Below are positions 1-15,305 of a DNA stretch of 64,000 nucleotides, piece after piece. Source of the stretch: Macrostomum lignano (lineage: Eukaryota). The stretch lies in assembly GCA_002269645.1 (NCBI GenBank), contig NIVC01000646.1, positions 310,001 through 374,000 of the forward strand. Reading direction: 5' to 3'. Within the stretch, counting starts at the first letter, position 1, and each line of letters begins with the position of its first letter. The translations under genes and the position numbers were made by a program. The notes beneath the pieces are model-generated. The model worked only from the letters and a program-made list of their open reading frames with translations, was not told the DNA's origin and made no database searches.

Positions 1-710
1 TCAGGCCCTTGTGTCAGTCACAATGTCAGGCCCTTGTGTCAGTCACAATATCAGGCCCTTGTGTCAGTCACAATGTCAGACTGTGTCAGTCACAATGCCA
101 GACTTGTGTCAGTCACAATGCCAGACTTGTGTCAGTCACAATGTCAGACGCGTGTCAGTCACAATGTCAGACTAGATTCAGTCACAATGTCAGACTTGTG
201 TCAGTCACAATGTCAGACGAGTGTCAGTCACAATGTCAGACGAGTGTCAGTCACAATGTCAGACGAGTGTCAGTCACAATGTCAGACTAGATTCAGTCAC
301 AATGTCAGACGAGTGTCAGTCACAATGTCAGACGAGTGTCAGTCACAATGTCAGACTAGATTCAGCCACAATGTCAGACTAGTGTCAGTCACAATCCCAG
401 ACTTGTGTCAGTCACAATCCCAGACTTGTGTCAGTCACAATGTCAGACGAGTGTCAGTCACAATGTCAGACGAGTGTCAGTCACAATGTCAGACTAGATT
501 CAGCCACAATGTCAGACTAGTGTCAGTCACAATGTCAGACTTGTGTCAGTCACAATCCCAGACTTGTGTCAGTCACAATGTCAGACTGTGTCAGTCACAA
601 TGTCAGACTGTGTCAGTCACAATGCCAGACTTGTGTCAGTCACAATGCCAGGCTATTGTCAGTCACAATGTCAGACGAGTGTCAGTCACAATGTCAGACT
701 ATTGTGGCGC
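1..710. repeat. ~23-bp minisatellite (TGTCAGTCACAATGTCAGACGAG-like), probably intronic in the Islet gene
   Basis: Tandem units are directly visible; the overlapping ORFs have a 23-aa (3 x 23 bp) period. The array runs off the window edge. Confidence 0.95.
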
Positions 711-1604
711 TTACAGAGACATTCTCTAATAATTGTTCTCCCCTGTAAGTGCCATAAAAATCGAGTTCCAGGATATGGACAGCAGCCAGAAAGCACAGTC
801 AGCCTTATCTAGTACTAAAAGCATCTTAGGAATTGTCTCCGACGACAAGACGCGACAAGCCATTGAGGCCAGACTGGCAGGCACCGCCCCAGCCCCCCCC
901 CCCCCCTGATTGCTGAATTTTTATCTTTTATTATTTTCCAGCAAGCCGGATCCTGAAGCAGGCCGGCCCAAATCGTTGCCTTCCCTTTTTAGGGGACGGG
1001 GCGAGGCTGACTAGTTGGAAAGAGTTTCCCTGCCTCTGTGTTGGGGCTGTGTGAGGGCTTGATGGCCAAAATGGTCTATAGGAAGGCTTGTTCATAGTAC
1101 GGGCATTAACTTCCATAGGGGAAGGGGGAGACCAGGCTTTGATCATTAGTCCCTAGTCACCAGTAGCCATATTCATTCAGGGGGTCAAGCGCTCCTAGTT
1201 AGGCACTGTTTTCTGGCTTCTATTCATCAGAGATATAAAAGCATGCTTTATAGGATGATGTAATGCTTATAAATTTCATCCAAACACCAAACGGTAGCCA
1301 AATATATAAGCTCAGCGTTGGGCAAGATAAAACAACACTGTAACAAAATGCGGTACGACACTACACAATAGAACACAACACGACACTACCACAAAACACA
1401 ACTCAACATGGTAAAACAACTCAGCACAACAGCACAACCCTTAACAACAACCTAGCTCTTCGCTGCAACAGAACTCGGCGCAGTTAATCCCACTTATACC
1501 CCGGTAGAAAGCAAGGACTACTAGACTAGACTACAACGAAGTGTTCCTAGTGGTCCTTGATAGAAAGATCTGTAGCAAAACCCACCCGACACCCAACCGA
1601 ACAG

Positions 1605-2002
1605 GCCAGGAAAATGACGACTCGCGAAGCCCGTCGGTCACCAGCGAGACGCCGTCAAACAGCGAGAGCTCCGTGTACAACTCGGCCGGGCATGGCGGCG
1701 GTCACGTCGGCAGCGGCGGCGGCGGCGGCGGCAAAAGGAAAGGCGGCGGAGGCGGCGGAGGCGGCGTGAGCAAGGACAGCAGCAAGGCGACCCGAGTCCG
1801 GACGGTGCTGAACGAGAAGCAGCTGCACACGCTGCGCACCTGCTACGCGGCCAACCCTCGGCCGGACGCGCTGATGAAGGAGCAGCTGGTGGAGATGACC
1901 GGCCTGAGCCCGAGGGTCATCCGGGTCTGGTTTCAGAACAAGCGGTGCAAGGACAAGAAGAAACAGCTGCTCATGAAGCAGATGGAGCACCAGCAGCAGA
2001 AG
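1605..2002 (+). CDS. isl1: Islet-class LIM-homeobox gene, homeodomain exon (the LIM exons lie upstream of the window)
   Basis: Encodes [57 protein letters not shown], the diagnostic Islet homeodomain. Phase-0 donor AAG|GTGAGG at 2002/2003. The acceptor AACAG at 1604 is the best candidate and is less certain. Confidence 0.93.
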
Positions 2003-2989
2003 GTGAGGGTTCGCCATCATGCACTTCATGCTGCAAAATTGCATTTAATGAGAAACTGAAGCTCATTTGATAGAAATTTGCCTCACCCCATGCAGCTGGC
2101 TAAAGTTTATAAACACAATCAAATAATCAATTACCGCGTGGGCGTTGAAGAAAATTTCATAACTATGGAAATCTTTAATTAATTTTTAATTATAGCGCAA
2201 GGCAGGAAAATGTACATGCCTTAATCTGCTGGCATCCCCATTGCTTTTCTGCTTATCTTTCTATCCCGTTGCCACAAATAAATATTCCCAGTTAACTGGC
2301 TCTCCCGGGTGGGCCGGGATGAGGCAGCCGCTGCTATGCCGGTAAAGCTGTCCAGAGCGTTGAGGGTCGACCCGAACCCTCCAATTCAATGTTATGCATA
2401 ATCTGTCTGCGGGGGGGGGTTGCCAGCCCATTGTGCAGCTGACATGGACACAGAATCTGCAGTACAGACATATGAGATGGTGCTGAATGCTCAGCCAATA
2501 ACTATTATTTATTTTGAAACTAAAAGGGCTGCGAGAACTCCATATGGATTTCAGCAATGTAAAACTCTTGAGTGATAGGAATATTAATATTTGAAGCACT
2601 AAGAAATTAAAAAGCATTTTGTGACATCCGGTCGAGAATTGCCTCCCCAGGTATTCCGAATTCAGAGGTTCCACGACCTGCCGCTCTGCCACTTCCTCAT
2701 TGTGCTCAGGAAATCCTCATTGCATTCCGCTGCTCATTTCTGCAACTCTATTTGCCCCTTCCGGAGTACAAGTGCACTGTAAAGATCCATTCTCTATTAT
2801 GGAGGGCCGCGGGGCATGAGATGCAGGCTGGGATCTGAGAGTTGTTACAGTCTGTGACCAAGCCCTTTCTCATCGATCAGCAGAGCAAACTAATTATCCG
2901 CGGACCCTATTGTTTCAGCTGCAAACAATTTATTGGGAAAATCTGCTATTTTCATTGTGTCGCAGCAGGAATCTGATTTCTGACCGTCT

Positions 2990-3925
2990 CTTCACCTCTG
3001 TTCCCTCTCTTCACCCTCTGTTCCCTCTCTACCATCTGTTCCCTCTCTTCACCCTCTGTTCCCTCTCTACCATCTGTTCCCTCTCTTCACCCTCTGTTCC
3101 CTCTCTACCATCTGTTCCCTCTCTTCACCCTCTGTTCCCTCTCTACCATCTGTTCCCTCTCTTCACCCTCTGTTCCCTCTCTATCATCTGTTCCCTCTCT
3201 TCACCCTCTGTTCCCTCTCTACCATCTGTTCCCTCTCTTCACCCTCTGTTCCCTCTCTATCATCTGTTCCCTCTCTTCACCCTCTGTTCCCTCTCTGCCA
3301 TCTGTTCCCTCTCTTCACCCTCTGTTCCCTCTCTTCACCTCTCTGCCTTCCCTCTCTTCACCCTCTGTTCCCTCTCTTTACCCTCTGTTCCCTCTCCTTA
3401 CCCTCTCTGCCTTCCCTCTCTTCACCCTCTGTTCCCTCTCTTTACCCTCTCTGCCTTCTCTCTCTTTACCCTCTGTTCCCTCTCTTCACCCTCTGTTTCC
3501 TCTCTTTACCCTCTGTTCCCTCTCCTTACCCTCTCTGCCTTCTCTCTCTTCACCTCTGTTCCCTCTCTTTACCCTCTGTTCCCTCTCTTCACCCTATGTT
3601 CCCTCTCTTTACCCTCTCTGCCTTCTCTCTCTTTACCCTCTGTTCCCTCTCTTCACCCTCTGTTCCCTCTCTTTACCATCTGTTCCCTCTCTTTACCCTC
3701 TGTTCCCTCTCTTTACCCTCTGTTCCCTCTCTTTACCCTCTCTGCCTTCTCTCTCTTCACCCTCTGTTCCCTCTCTTCACCCTCTGTTCCCTCTCTTCAC
3801 CCTCTGTTCCCTCTCTTTACCATCTGTTCCCTCTCTTCACCCTCTGTTCCCTCTCTTTACCCTCTCTGCCTTCTCTCTCTTTACCCTCTGTTCCCTCTCT
3901 TTACCCTCTGTTTCCTCTGTCTTCA
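2990..3925. repeat. Pyrimidine-rich ~20-21-bp minisatellite (CTGTTCCCTCTCTTCACCCT-like) in the last Islet intron
   Basis: Tandem units are visible; the array ends about 70 nt before the acceptor at 3995. Confidence 0.95.
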
Positions 3926-3995
3926 CCCCACCATCTCCATCATTGCCTCCCGCTAGTCCAATTCAACATCCACCACCATCCGCCCTCCTCCTCAG

Positions 3996-4343
3996 CGAAC
4001 TCTAAACGGCGTCCCGATGATCGCCTCCTCGCCTGTCCGCCACGACCCGGGTGCTCAGCCGGTCGATGTCATCACCTCTTCTCAGCAGTCGGCTTTTGGC
4101 GGTCCGCCGCCGCCACCGCCGCTGCTGCAGCCGCTGCCGCCCCTGCCGCCACCGCCGCCACCGCCGCCGCCTCCGCCGTCACACTGGGCTCAGCCGCTGG
4201 ACTCGTCAGTGCCACAGCCGCCGCCATTTCAACAGCTGGTGTCGGCCTACAGCAGCCTCTACGGCTCGGAAGATGAAGCGGAAGAGGACGACTCCTGCGT
4301 CACTCTGTCAGCTGACGGCTGCCACCTGTACACCCCCCGATAG
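3996..4343 (+). CDS. isl1: Islet terminal exon with the Lhx3/4-binding-type motif and a poly-Pro tract
   Basis: Acceptor CTCCTCCTCAG (ends 3995) is phase 0, matching the donor at 2003. Reads RTLNGVPMIASSPVRHDPGAQPVDV...PFQQLVS, matching the Islet GTPMVAASPERHD...NPVEV...FQQLV motifs. Stop TAG at 4341-4343. Confidence 0.88.
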   Translation, partial: RTLNGVPMIASSPVRHDPGAQPVDVITSSQQSAFGGPPPPPPLLQPLPPLPPPPPPPPPPPSHWAQPLDSSVPQPPPFQQLVSAYSSLYGSEDEAEEDDSCVTLSADGCHLYTPR

Positions 4344-5392
4344 ACCGGAGGCTGTTTATCAAGAGTTCGATTTCTTTTAACCAAAGTTTTGCACCGCAAT
4401 GCAAGACAGAACTGTTGTCCCACTCGTTGTGATCTTCAAACTAACTTCAATTTGACCCTTGGTACTTCGAAATCAACTGCCACCCCCCCCCCCGAGTTTG
4501 ACCTCCAATGTCACCCTCCTCATTGGGGCACCAATCTGAGCCTGATGGCTTTCTAACGATTAAAAGTACTTATTGAACTTGTCTTGGACTTGTGATACTG
4601 CCCGAGGCCGCAGTCCCATCGAATTCTCAGTAATCCTAGCTGTGTTGTATTGTGAAAACATTCTCAACTTGTCAATCACAAAATTAACAACTTTTAATAA
4701 ATATTTGTGTATAGCTGTTCTAATAGTCTAGTGCTCTATCATGTAAACTGAATTACCTTCTTCTGCCACTGTTCCATTACTGAGATTCCCCATACTCATC
4801 TGTTCTGTTGTCAACTTTATAAAACTGGTTCAAAGAGCTTTATGATAATATGTTCTGTAGGCGATTGTTGACCACAGTTTTGCAAGAGGAAAATAATAAA
4901 CAAACCATTATTGACTTATTCGACGATGTAACCAGTTAAGCATTGGTACAAACCTTTCGATTCAGTTATTTGTAAGACATTAATTGCGGTTCAAAGGTTT
5001 AAAATGTCATCTTTCGAAAGGAAAATCGTAGAGGACTTTTATCGTCTATGGCCAGAACTGAGAGTGTTACAGTGAACCTGTCTAGTTATGGTAGATTGTG
5101 TCGATAGTTTTGGAGCTGGACTAATTAACGCTTAGGGATCCTTTATACCACAGCATCTATTTTAACTAAGCCACGGCCAACCATATTAAACCCGTGCCTC
5201 GAAGATTGTCTATGGCCCAACCTTTCTTTTACAAGACATCGACTCTTTGGATGTCCGCTCGCTAACTTAAGCATTAAATAAGCTATTTTTTGCTAATAAA
5301 TACTCAGAAACTCTGTACTTTTCTCCTAAACAAAAAACCGTTTTCAATCTTCTCATTAACTTACATGCATGAAATTTACTGTCGCTTTAGCT

Positions 5393-5666
5393 AAGGTCAG
5401 GGGTTCGATTCTCCATCCAGTCGTAACAATTTGTGTCCTTGAGCAAGACACTCAACTCTACATTGCTTCAGTTCACCTAGCTGTAAAATGGGTGCCAGCA
5501 TTAGCTGGGGTAATTGAGGGTGTGTGTGGCGACCCCCCAGTCCTTGGACTGAACAGCCGTACGCAGCCTTCAGATGCGCCGCTCAATAGCTGCGGCTGAG
5601 CTGTCGGTTGCACATCTGGCCCAATTGGGGCAGGTGTAATCAATTGTTATCATAATTATTATTATT
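5393..5666 (+). mobile_element. tRNA-derived CORE-like SINE, 5'-truncated copy
   Basis: Near-identical to the copies at 6669, 22015, 27886 and 50628. Has B-box GGTTCGATTC, core TGTGTCCTTGAGCAAGACAC...CTGTAAAATGGG and an (ATT)n tail. Confidence 0.9.
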
Positions 5667-6668
5667 GTGCTAAAAACCAATGTTACAGGGGACACGAAGT
5701 ACAGCGGCCGTGGCTCTCTAATCGTCAGGCATGCACCCCACACTGGTGCCTTGGGAGTTGACCCTCTTACTCATGATCGCGTATGGCCATACACGATTCG
5801 AACCCGGGGGGGGGGCTCTTTGAACTTACCGCTTCTCTCTCCAGTGTTCTCTGTCCTGCTTTCTGGGGTGAAAATCAAAAGACAGAACTATTGGAGTTCG
5901 CCTAAAGCAATCCAACAGATTACGGAACCAAAGCGGCCCACGAAAAGCAGCCGGCGAGCCCATAGATACTACTGGGCGGTGAGCGTCAGTTGTCCATCAG
6001 CTCCCCTTGTTGGACCTCCTTGAGGCAACAGCAGCGGCTGCTGGTGCAGACCGAGCCTGGCCCGATTATCGCATCAAATTTAATTGTCCCCAGGGCTGCC
6101 GATGTCAGCTGGCGGGGTCAAGCCGGTGGCAATCCGGCCGCGAATGCGGCACAGTGGCGGCAGGCGGCAGCAGCGAAGCCCCTATAGCGGTGCAGCGAGA
6201 ATTATTCGCCAACTGTTGTTGCTCCGCCAGCGAAGCCAGATTAATCCCCGGGATAGGGGAGAAAAACTTGCGTGGCGGGGGGGGGGCTCTGTACCGAGCG
6301 GGATCTGGGATCTTTTATACATATATATATATATGAATTCCCCCCGGCCAAAATCCCGCTGCTAAGGTCTTCTTCTTCTAGGGGTGCTAGGCCGGAGGGG
6401 ATTCCCTGCTGCTTCTAGTATAGTATTTTGTAAGAAATCAATGTAGCTCGCTCGATTAATTATGTGACAATTATGCCAGCAAGAATGATGGCAACAATGT
6501 GCTGAAATTATTTATGGAGGGTATTTTAACGCAGTAACTTGCAGGTGTTACCAGTTTACAACAATCTGGTCTCTCTCTCAAAGCACCGAGCTGATGGACC
6601 TTTGGCTCGGCCCCTTGTTGAGCTTAAAAACCGGATGCATAAATGTTACCCACTCTTACATTGGCAAA

Positions 6669-6891
6669 GGGGGTTGCAAGCCTAGTGGTCAGAGCGTCGG
6701 ACTCACGACTTGAAGGTCGGGGGTTCGATTCTCGACCCACCGGAACAATTTGTGTCCTTGAGCAAGACACATAACTCTGAATTGCTTCAGTTCACCCCGC
6801 TGTAAAATGGGTGCCAGCATTAGCTGGGGTAATTGAGGGTGTGTGTGGCGACCCCCCAGTCCTTGGACTGAACAGCCGTACGCAGCCTTCA
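6669..6891 (+). mobile_element. tRNA-derived CORE-like SINE, 3'-truncated copy
   Basis: Head GGGGGTTGCAAGCCTAGTGGTCAGAGCG (A box) ... GGTTCGATTC (B box) plus the core; stops before the tail. Confidence 0.9.
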
Positions 6892-7603
6892 CTTTCAGGC
6901 CAATTTCAAACTAGGGCCTCGCTTCCAATCCAGATACCTTAACAGTCCTTGATTCGTCCCCCTACCCGCTAAGCGACTGACTCAAACTCAGCCTAGCGAG
7001 TCCAATATTTTGCTCCAGCTTTTAGTTGAAAGCTTCTTCAAACCCCCATAGCCCTACCCTGCCCCACCTGGCGCACCATTGATGCCATCGATCCCGCAAA
7101 TACCCCCCCCCCTGTGTCTGTCTGTACCTCCCGCCTGAACTGGGATTCCACATACTGCTCGCGAGTAGAGCACATCCAATCCTCCACCCACCCATCTTCG
7201 ATAAATCCCTTTTCCCCAAAGACTCCATTAGCGATCCCGAAGTGAGTCCTCTCCGTAACCATGGTCACTAATGGATGTCTCAACCAGCAGCAGCAGCAGC
7301 AGTAGCAGGGGTTACCTGGTCGGCTTCATCGATATCTTTTTTCCCTTAGAGTCGTCACATTCGCTCGCTTTTACATTTTTTATATCCAGGCTATATGGAC
7401 AGACTGTATCTGTATTTAAGCCTGCTATAACGGTGTTGCAGATTTCACTGCATTAGCGAGGAATGCGAGACTCAAAAAAGTAAACAACTCCGAGATTTGC
7501 TGCGCTGGAAACCCGACTGACATTGGGGGGATGCAGCGGTCAAGTAGAAATTCTTTAAGGGTGGATTTTTTCCTGGGAGGATGTGTGAGTGAGATAAATT
7601 CCT

Positions 7604-8727
7604 GTGACTGAGGAGGATGTGTGACTGAGGAGGATGTGTGACTGAGGAGGATGTGTGACTGAGGAGGATGTGTGACTGAGGAAGATGTGTGACTGAGGAA
7701 GATGTGTGACTGAGGAGGATGTGTGACTGAGGAAGATGTGTGACTGAGGAGGATGTGTGACTGAGGAGGATGTGTGACTGAGGAGGATGTGTGACTGAGG
7801 AGGATGTGTGACTGAGTATTATTTGTGACTGAGGAGGATGTGTGACTGAGGAGGATGTGTGACTGAGGAGGATGTGTGACTGAGGAGGATGTGTGACTGA
7901 GGAGGATGTGTGACTGAGGAGGATGTGCGACTGAGGAGGATGTGTGACTGAGGAGGATGTGTGACTGAGGAGGATGTGTGACTGAGGAGGATGTGTGACT
8001 GAGGAGGATGTGTGACTGAGGAGGATGTGTGACTGAGGAGGATGTGTGACTGAGGAAGATGTGTGACTGAGGAGGATGTGTGACTGAGGAAGATGTGTGA
8101 CTGAGGAGGATGTGTGACTGAGGAGGATGTGTGACTGAGGAGGATGTGTGACTGAGTATTATTTGTGACTGAGGAGGATGTGTGACTGAGTATTATTTGT
8201 GACTGAGGAGGATGTGTGACTGAGTATTATTTGTGACTGAGGAGGATGTGTGACTGAGGAGGATGTGTGACTGAGGAGGATGTGTGACTGAGGAGGATGT
8301 GTGACTGAGGAGGATGTGTGACTGAGGAGGATGTGTGACTGAGGAGGATGTGTGACTGAGGAGGATGTGTGACTGAGGAGGATGTGTGACTGAGGAGGAT
8401 GTGTGACTGAGGAGGATGTGTGACTGAGGAGGATATGTGACTGAGGAGGATGTGTGACTGAGGAGGATGTGTGACTGAGGAGGATGTGCGACTGAGGAAG
8501 ATGTGTGACTGAGGAGGATGTGTGACTGAGGAGGATGTGTGACTGAGGAGGATGTGTGACTGAGGAGGATGTGCGACTGAGGAGGATGTGTGACTGAGGA
8601 GGATGTGTGACTGAGGAGGATGTGCGACTGAGGAGGATGTGTGACTGAGGAGGATGTGTGACTGAGGAGGATGTGCGACTGAGGAGGATGTGTGACTGAG
8701 GAGGATGTGTGACTGAGGAGGATGTGC
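7604..8727. repeat. 17-bp minisatellite (GTGACTGAGGAGGATGT)
   Basis: More than 60 visible tandem units; the reverse-strand ORFs repeat every 17 aa. Confidence 0.97.
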
Positions 8728-9429
8728 GAATGAGAAAGATGTGACAAGGAAGACAAATTCAGAAGGCAATACCTATGTAACAATGTGTAACAGTTATTTC
8801 TATGTAGGGCCATGAAACGCAATATAAACCGTAAGAAAATCATGGAGTCTCACTTTTGCTACTATCAGTAGTGTTAATCGAACTTTGCGTGGCCAATTTA
8901 TTTTGCCAAATAAAATTTAGAACGAGAAGGGAGTACCCATGTTGATTCTCTTCAATCAAAATTTGATTAAATTACGGGGATCGACTTGACCAAAACTGCT
9001 CTCTTGCCGCCTTGCTTTCAAGAAGAATTGAACTTGATTTGGCGTCCAAACTAATTAGAAACTAAAACGGACCCCCAGATCCAGCGGCAATCATCTGGAA
9101 TCAAGGCATTTGAAGTGTCCTCGAGAGCAACCCCACCCTCCTCTCTCATCTAAAACCAGACCCCGTGGTTCACTTGATTAACTTCCTTGTGCTAACTAGA
9201 TTTACTAGTAATTTAAGTCGACATATTTCTTCTTCAAGTTTCTCAACACATTTCAAATCAGACTACGAGCTGAGTCCGTGGGTGAATCCGGGAGCTACCT
9301 GACCCCAATTCTCTACACAACCCGTCGATACATGAACTGAACTGCTGTGCGACGCCGGGGCGCCCGACACTTAGCTGCGCGCCATCTAACGCACCCTAAC
9401 GGCATGATGTTACTACTCAGTACTGCGTC

Positions 9430-9680
9430 CTTTGTTGTTGTTGTTGTTGTTGTCGTTGTTGTCGTTGTTGTTTCTTTTGTCGTTGTTATCGTTGTTTTTG
9501 TTCCTGTCCTTGATGTTTTCATGGTTTTGTCGTTGTCGTTGTTGTTGTTGTTGTTGTTGTTGCCGTTGTAGTTGTTGTTGCTGTTTTTGATGTTGTTATT
9601 GTTGTTGATGTTGTTGTTATTTTTGTTCCTGTCGTTGTTGTTGTTGTTTTTGATGTTGATGTTGTTATTGTTTTTTGTAG
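9430..9680. repeat. Imperfect (GTT)n microsatellite
   Basis: Directly visible. Confidence 0.92.
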
Positions 9681-11629
9681 TGGTGGTCGTGAAAATGGTT
9701 GTTAATTTTCAATTGATCACATTCAGCAGATGGTTCCCTGTTTTTTTAACTTTACTAATTTTTCAAAAACTAATTGCTGAAGGAATTCCCACTACGTACA
9801 ACCTGTAGAGTTCTGCTAGCCATTCTGTCTAGTCAGATTTCCATTGAATGAGCAGAGCAGAGTGATATACGCACACCGATCTTGATCTGCCTGCATTCGG
9901 TCTAGATCGTGATAGAGATATAGGGATCGCGCATGCGATACGTGCTCTAAGTGGCTGACACGCAGTGCAGGCAGACTTAAAGTCTAGAGAGACAGAGACA
10001 GACCAAAGGGACATAAAAGTCGGGAGCGCGGCACTAGCAGTTCTCTTTCTGAAAAGGCGGAGACCCCCAAGCGCTGCGGCCAGCAGTGTGGCGCGTCATA
10101 AACTGAGTTGATGGCCCACACCGGGTGCGGAATTCGCAGAATTTGGACTTAGAGAAACAGCCCCCCACTTTTTACAACCAGTGCAGGTTATTTTGACTAG
10201 CCATCTCATCTCATTTTTGCGTGAGCCGGGCGAGAGATTGCTCCGAGATTGTATCAGTGCGCCACCACCTCACAGCTAGGCTAACAAGGTGATGTGTTCT
10301 TTTTCACCTTTGCCGATTTTGCGTGACTGACGCAGCCTCTTTACCCCGCCTCTGGCATGCTCACTCATCTTATATCATTGTCAGGACTGTAGTTGATGGG
10401 TCTCCCATGACAGGTATACAATTCGAAAAGCATTGGCCGGTCTCTCTCATTCTCTTCCACTCGACAACTGAGAGAGAAAGAATATGCAGATGATTTTCTT
10501 TGGTTTAACACGCGTCTAGCACAGACAACATGGCAACTTTCAGGACTGCAGTTCCCATGGACTGCCACTACAGCTGTCTGGGGTGGATGGTGTGTATAAG
10601 TTGAGAATATCATTCGGGAGTACCCAGGATTTCTCAGTCTTACGCTGCTCTAACAATAAATCAATCGGATCTTCTAAGGATGCCACTCGTCTCAGCCGGC
10701 CTCGTCACGGAAGCTCCATCGATTCGGACAGCCGTGAAAGCCGTGACGACGCGGCGATCGCTGCTTGTTGAGAATTAAGAAAGACAGGGGGCGGCCGGGC
10801 GAGGGTCTGTAAGCGGAACTGTGGCAGGTGGCTGCTGGGAGCTCATGCATAATGAGTTATCGAGGCAGGCAGGAACGCATCTTGAAATGGAATTAGCTGC
10901 GGAACGAGATTCAGAAGGGTTTTAAAGCTCCCGGTGTCAGATTAGCCCCATAATAATCCTTTTGCGCTCGACTAGATTGAAACTTATCAAGTGTCCGGGG
11001 GGGGGGGTCTGAAACACAGGGCAAAAACAGTTCCAATCTATTCGACATTTTATCCTGACCTCTGGGCCCCGTACGCTCGACAGGCGCGAGCGGGGACAGA
11101 TGAGGGGAATTGAATTGCTTTCTAATTCCACAGACCTGACTAAAAAGAGAAGCAAATTCTGTCTTCCGCTTCTGGATTTCCCTTTTTCTCTCTCCCGAGC
11201 CTCGATCAAGATCTTATCGTTTGAAAAATGCACAGGCGAGGTTGATGCAGGGAAATCGCATAGAGGGAGTCGCTGACAAGCCCCCCCCCTCGATCCCGCA
11301 GGAATCTTTCAATAATGGAGCGAAACACGGAGCGCTTGCATTATAATTCAAGGTTACGCAACTGACTCGGCTGTGGAACACGATTCTAATAGGTGGGCGC
11401 GGCCTGAACTGTGCGAACCCGCCGTTGTCTTGGGAGGTTCCACCCGCTTATCGCGTGATAGCAAGGATCGGTGCGGGAAAGAGAGCGGACGACCCCAGAC
11501 TGCAGAACACAGGGCCCGGGCTCCGCGGGGTTCCATGAAAGCCAATTGACTTCCGACATGGGAGATTTTTTAATAACTGACAACCCCTGCTCTGAAATAA
11601 AAACTGACATAATCCAGTTATTCCCCGAA

Positions 11630-11765
11630 CACAGACACCCTGAGCACAGACACCCTGAGCACAGGTACCCTGAGAACAGGTACCCTGAGCACAGGTACCC
11701 TGAGCACAGGTACCCTGAGCACAGGTACCCTGAGCACAGGTACCCTGAGCTGAGACACCCTGAGC
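11630..11765. repeat. 15-bp minisatellite (GAGCACAGGTACCCT)
   Basis: Directly visible; gives the HRYPE repeat in translation. Confidence 0.93.
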
Positions 11766-11768
11766 AAA

Positions 11769-12192
11769 GTGACCCCAATAGCACAGTGACCCCAATAGCA
11801 CAGTGACCCCAATAGCACAGTGACCCCAATAGCACAGTGACCCCAATAGCACAGTGACCCCAATAGCACAGTGACCCCAATAGCACAGTGACCCCAATAG
11901 CACAGTGACCCCAATAGCACAGTGACCCCAATAGCACAGTGACCCCAATAGCACAGTGACCCCAATAGCACAGTGACCCCAATAGCACAGTGACCCCAAT
12001 AGCACAGTGACCCCAATAGCACAGTGACCCCAATAGCACAGTGACCCCAATAGCACAGTGACCCCAATAGCACAGTGACCCCAATAGCACAGTGACCCCA
12101 ATAGCACAGTGACCCCAATAGCACAGTGACCCCAATAGCACAGTGACCCCAATAGCACAGTGACCCCAATAGCACAGTGACCCCAATAGCAC
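11769..12192. repeat. 17-bp minisatellite (GTGACCCCAATAGCACA), about 25 homogeneous units
   Basis: Directly visible; abuts the 15-bp array. Confidence 0.96.
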
Positions 12193-12689
12193 AAAAACTG
12201 CAATATTATGTAAACTGTCCTTTCTGTTCACCTCGGCCGCTGTCTCATGAATATTCATCAGCTACAGGAGCCTCGCCTCCTTAACCCCGCAAGGCTATTT
12301 AGGCTGCCGCAAAAAATCGATGCAGCAACTCCACCCAGCAAAACTGCTGGCACAGCTTAATAGTGAATCGATAGCGATTTTCCAAAGACAATTTCACCCC
12401 ATATTGCAAACTAGGGGGAGCTGCTTGAAGAACCCCAAAGCTGATTGACTGAGGTTTTCAAGCTTACAAACCGCGGACCAAAACCCGGATGCATTACAGA
12501 GTCGCTTTGTTGATCCAAGATGAGTGACATTCGGTGGCTGGTGTGTTCGAAAGCTATCGAATGCTGCATGTAAATATAGCATGGAAACTATGTCATACTG
12601 TGGGCATTCGGTTAAGAAAACATTCCGAACATTTTATTGACAGTCTGCAGATGTGCGAAAAATGATCGCAAGTTTTTTGCTGATTGGCT

Positions 12690-14376
<1,687 letters not shown>

Positions 14377-15305
14377 AAAATGCTCTTGCAGATAATTTAA
14401 ACGTAGTTAAACTATTACTAGTTAAACTAATATTAAACTGTTAGTACTAGTTGACTATAGAATCTCAGTCGTCTGTCTCATTCTACTGCAGCAAAGCAAG
14501 AAATGGCTAGCTACTGTATTAGAAAAAGCAGAGCGTTGCAGAAGCGGACAGACAGAGACCAGCAGGAGAGGCAATTAACTGGCTTCTCGGCCCAAGAGCT
14601 CGCCCAATTAATGCTTCGGCTCAGCAATATTGACGGCCAAATATTACTTTAACAAAGCTTAGTCCTCCCAGCTCATTTGCCCGCTCTCTTCATTCAGTCG
14701 GCACTTGCCTGCCGGCTGCAAGTTGCTGCTTTCGCAAAGAGGAGAGCTACAGTCCATCACGGCAGGGGGGGAGCGGTATAGGCGCTGGGAAGTGGACTCT
14801 GATGGTTCAGGCAAAGCTTCGGGGGGTCGACACTTCAACTTCGGGTCTTATTTTTTTTTCACGGCTGAAGTGCGGGGACTAACCCGTATGGATAGATGCT
14901 TTTGCAGCTCATAAGGGCCTTCGTTATAGTTCGCTTGGCTATAATACCCCAAAGGCCTCCTGCTGTGGCCACCTGAGAGTTTTTTCTGATGCCTCGGCTA
15001 CTCCCTATTGGACCGGGCCAATGTGCACTGGGGCAGCGCTTTGACTGGCTGGCCATACCAGAGGAAAGGGCTGGAATGAGCAGCTGTGAGTGGAGGGGTG
15101 ACTGGCATAGGGTTAAAGCTATACTAAAGGCAATGGGCCGCAACACCCTCGCCTAGATCTGGGGCAGCAGCAAATTTGCCAACTCGCAGCCTCTCTCAGC
15201 CGCCGTCTGGCGTCCAAAAACGATACCTACGTTTGTTAAGGTGTTCACAAAGAAGCGGGGTCGAATCGCTGAGGATGCAGCGGCCTTAGAATCCTGCAGA
15301 AGGCG

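Noticed and set aside
9-812. Cys/Ser-rich ORFs (CQSQCQT...)
   Set aside because: Translations of a 23-bp tandem repeat in several frames; no splice or domain support.
2910-3956. 348-aa and 226-aa Leu/Pro/Ser-rich ORFs
   Set aside because: CT-rich intronic minisatellite between two in-phase Islet exons.
6669-6745. tRNA genes at the SINE heads (also 22015, 28183, 50628)
   Set aside because: The anticodon and acceptor stems are broken and each head continues into the same SINE body.
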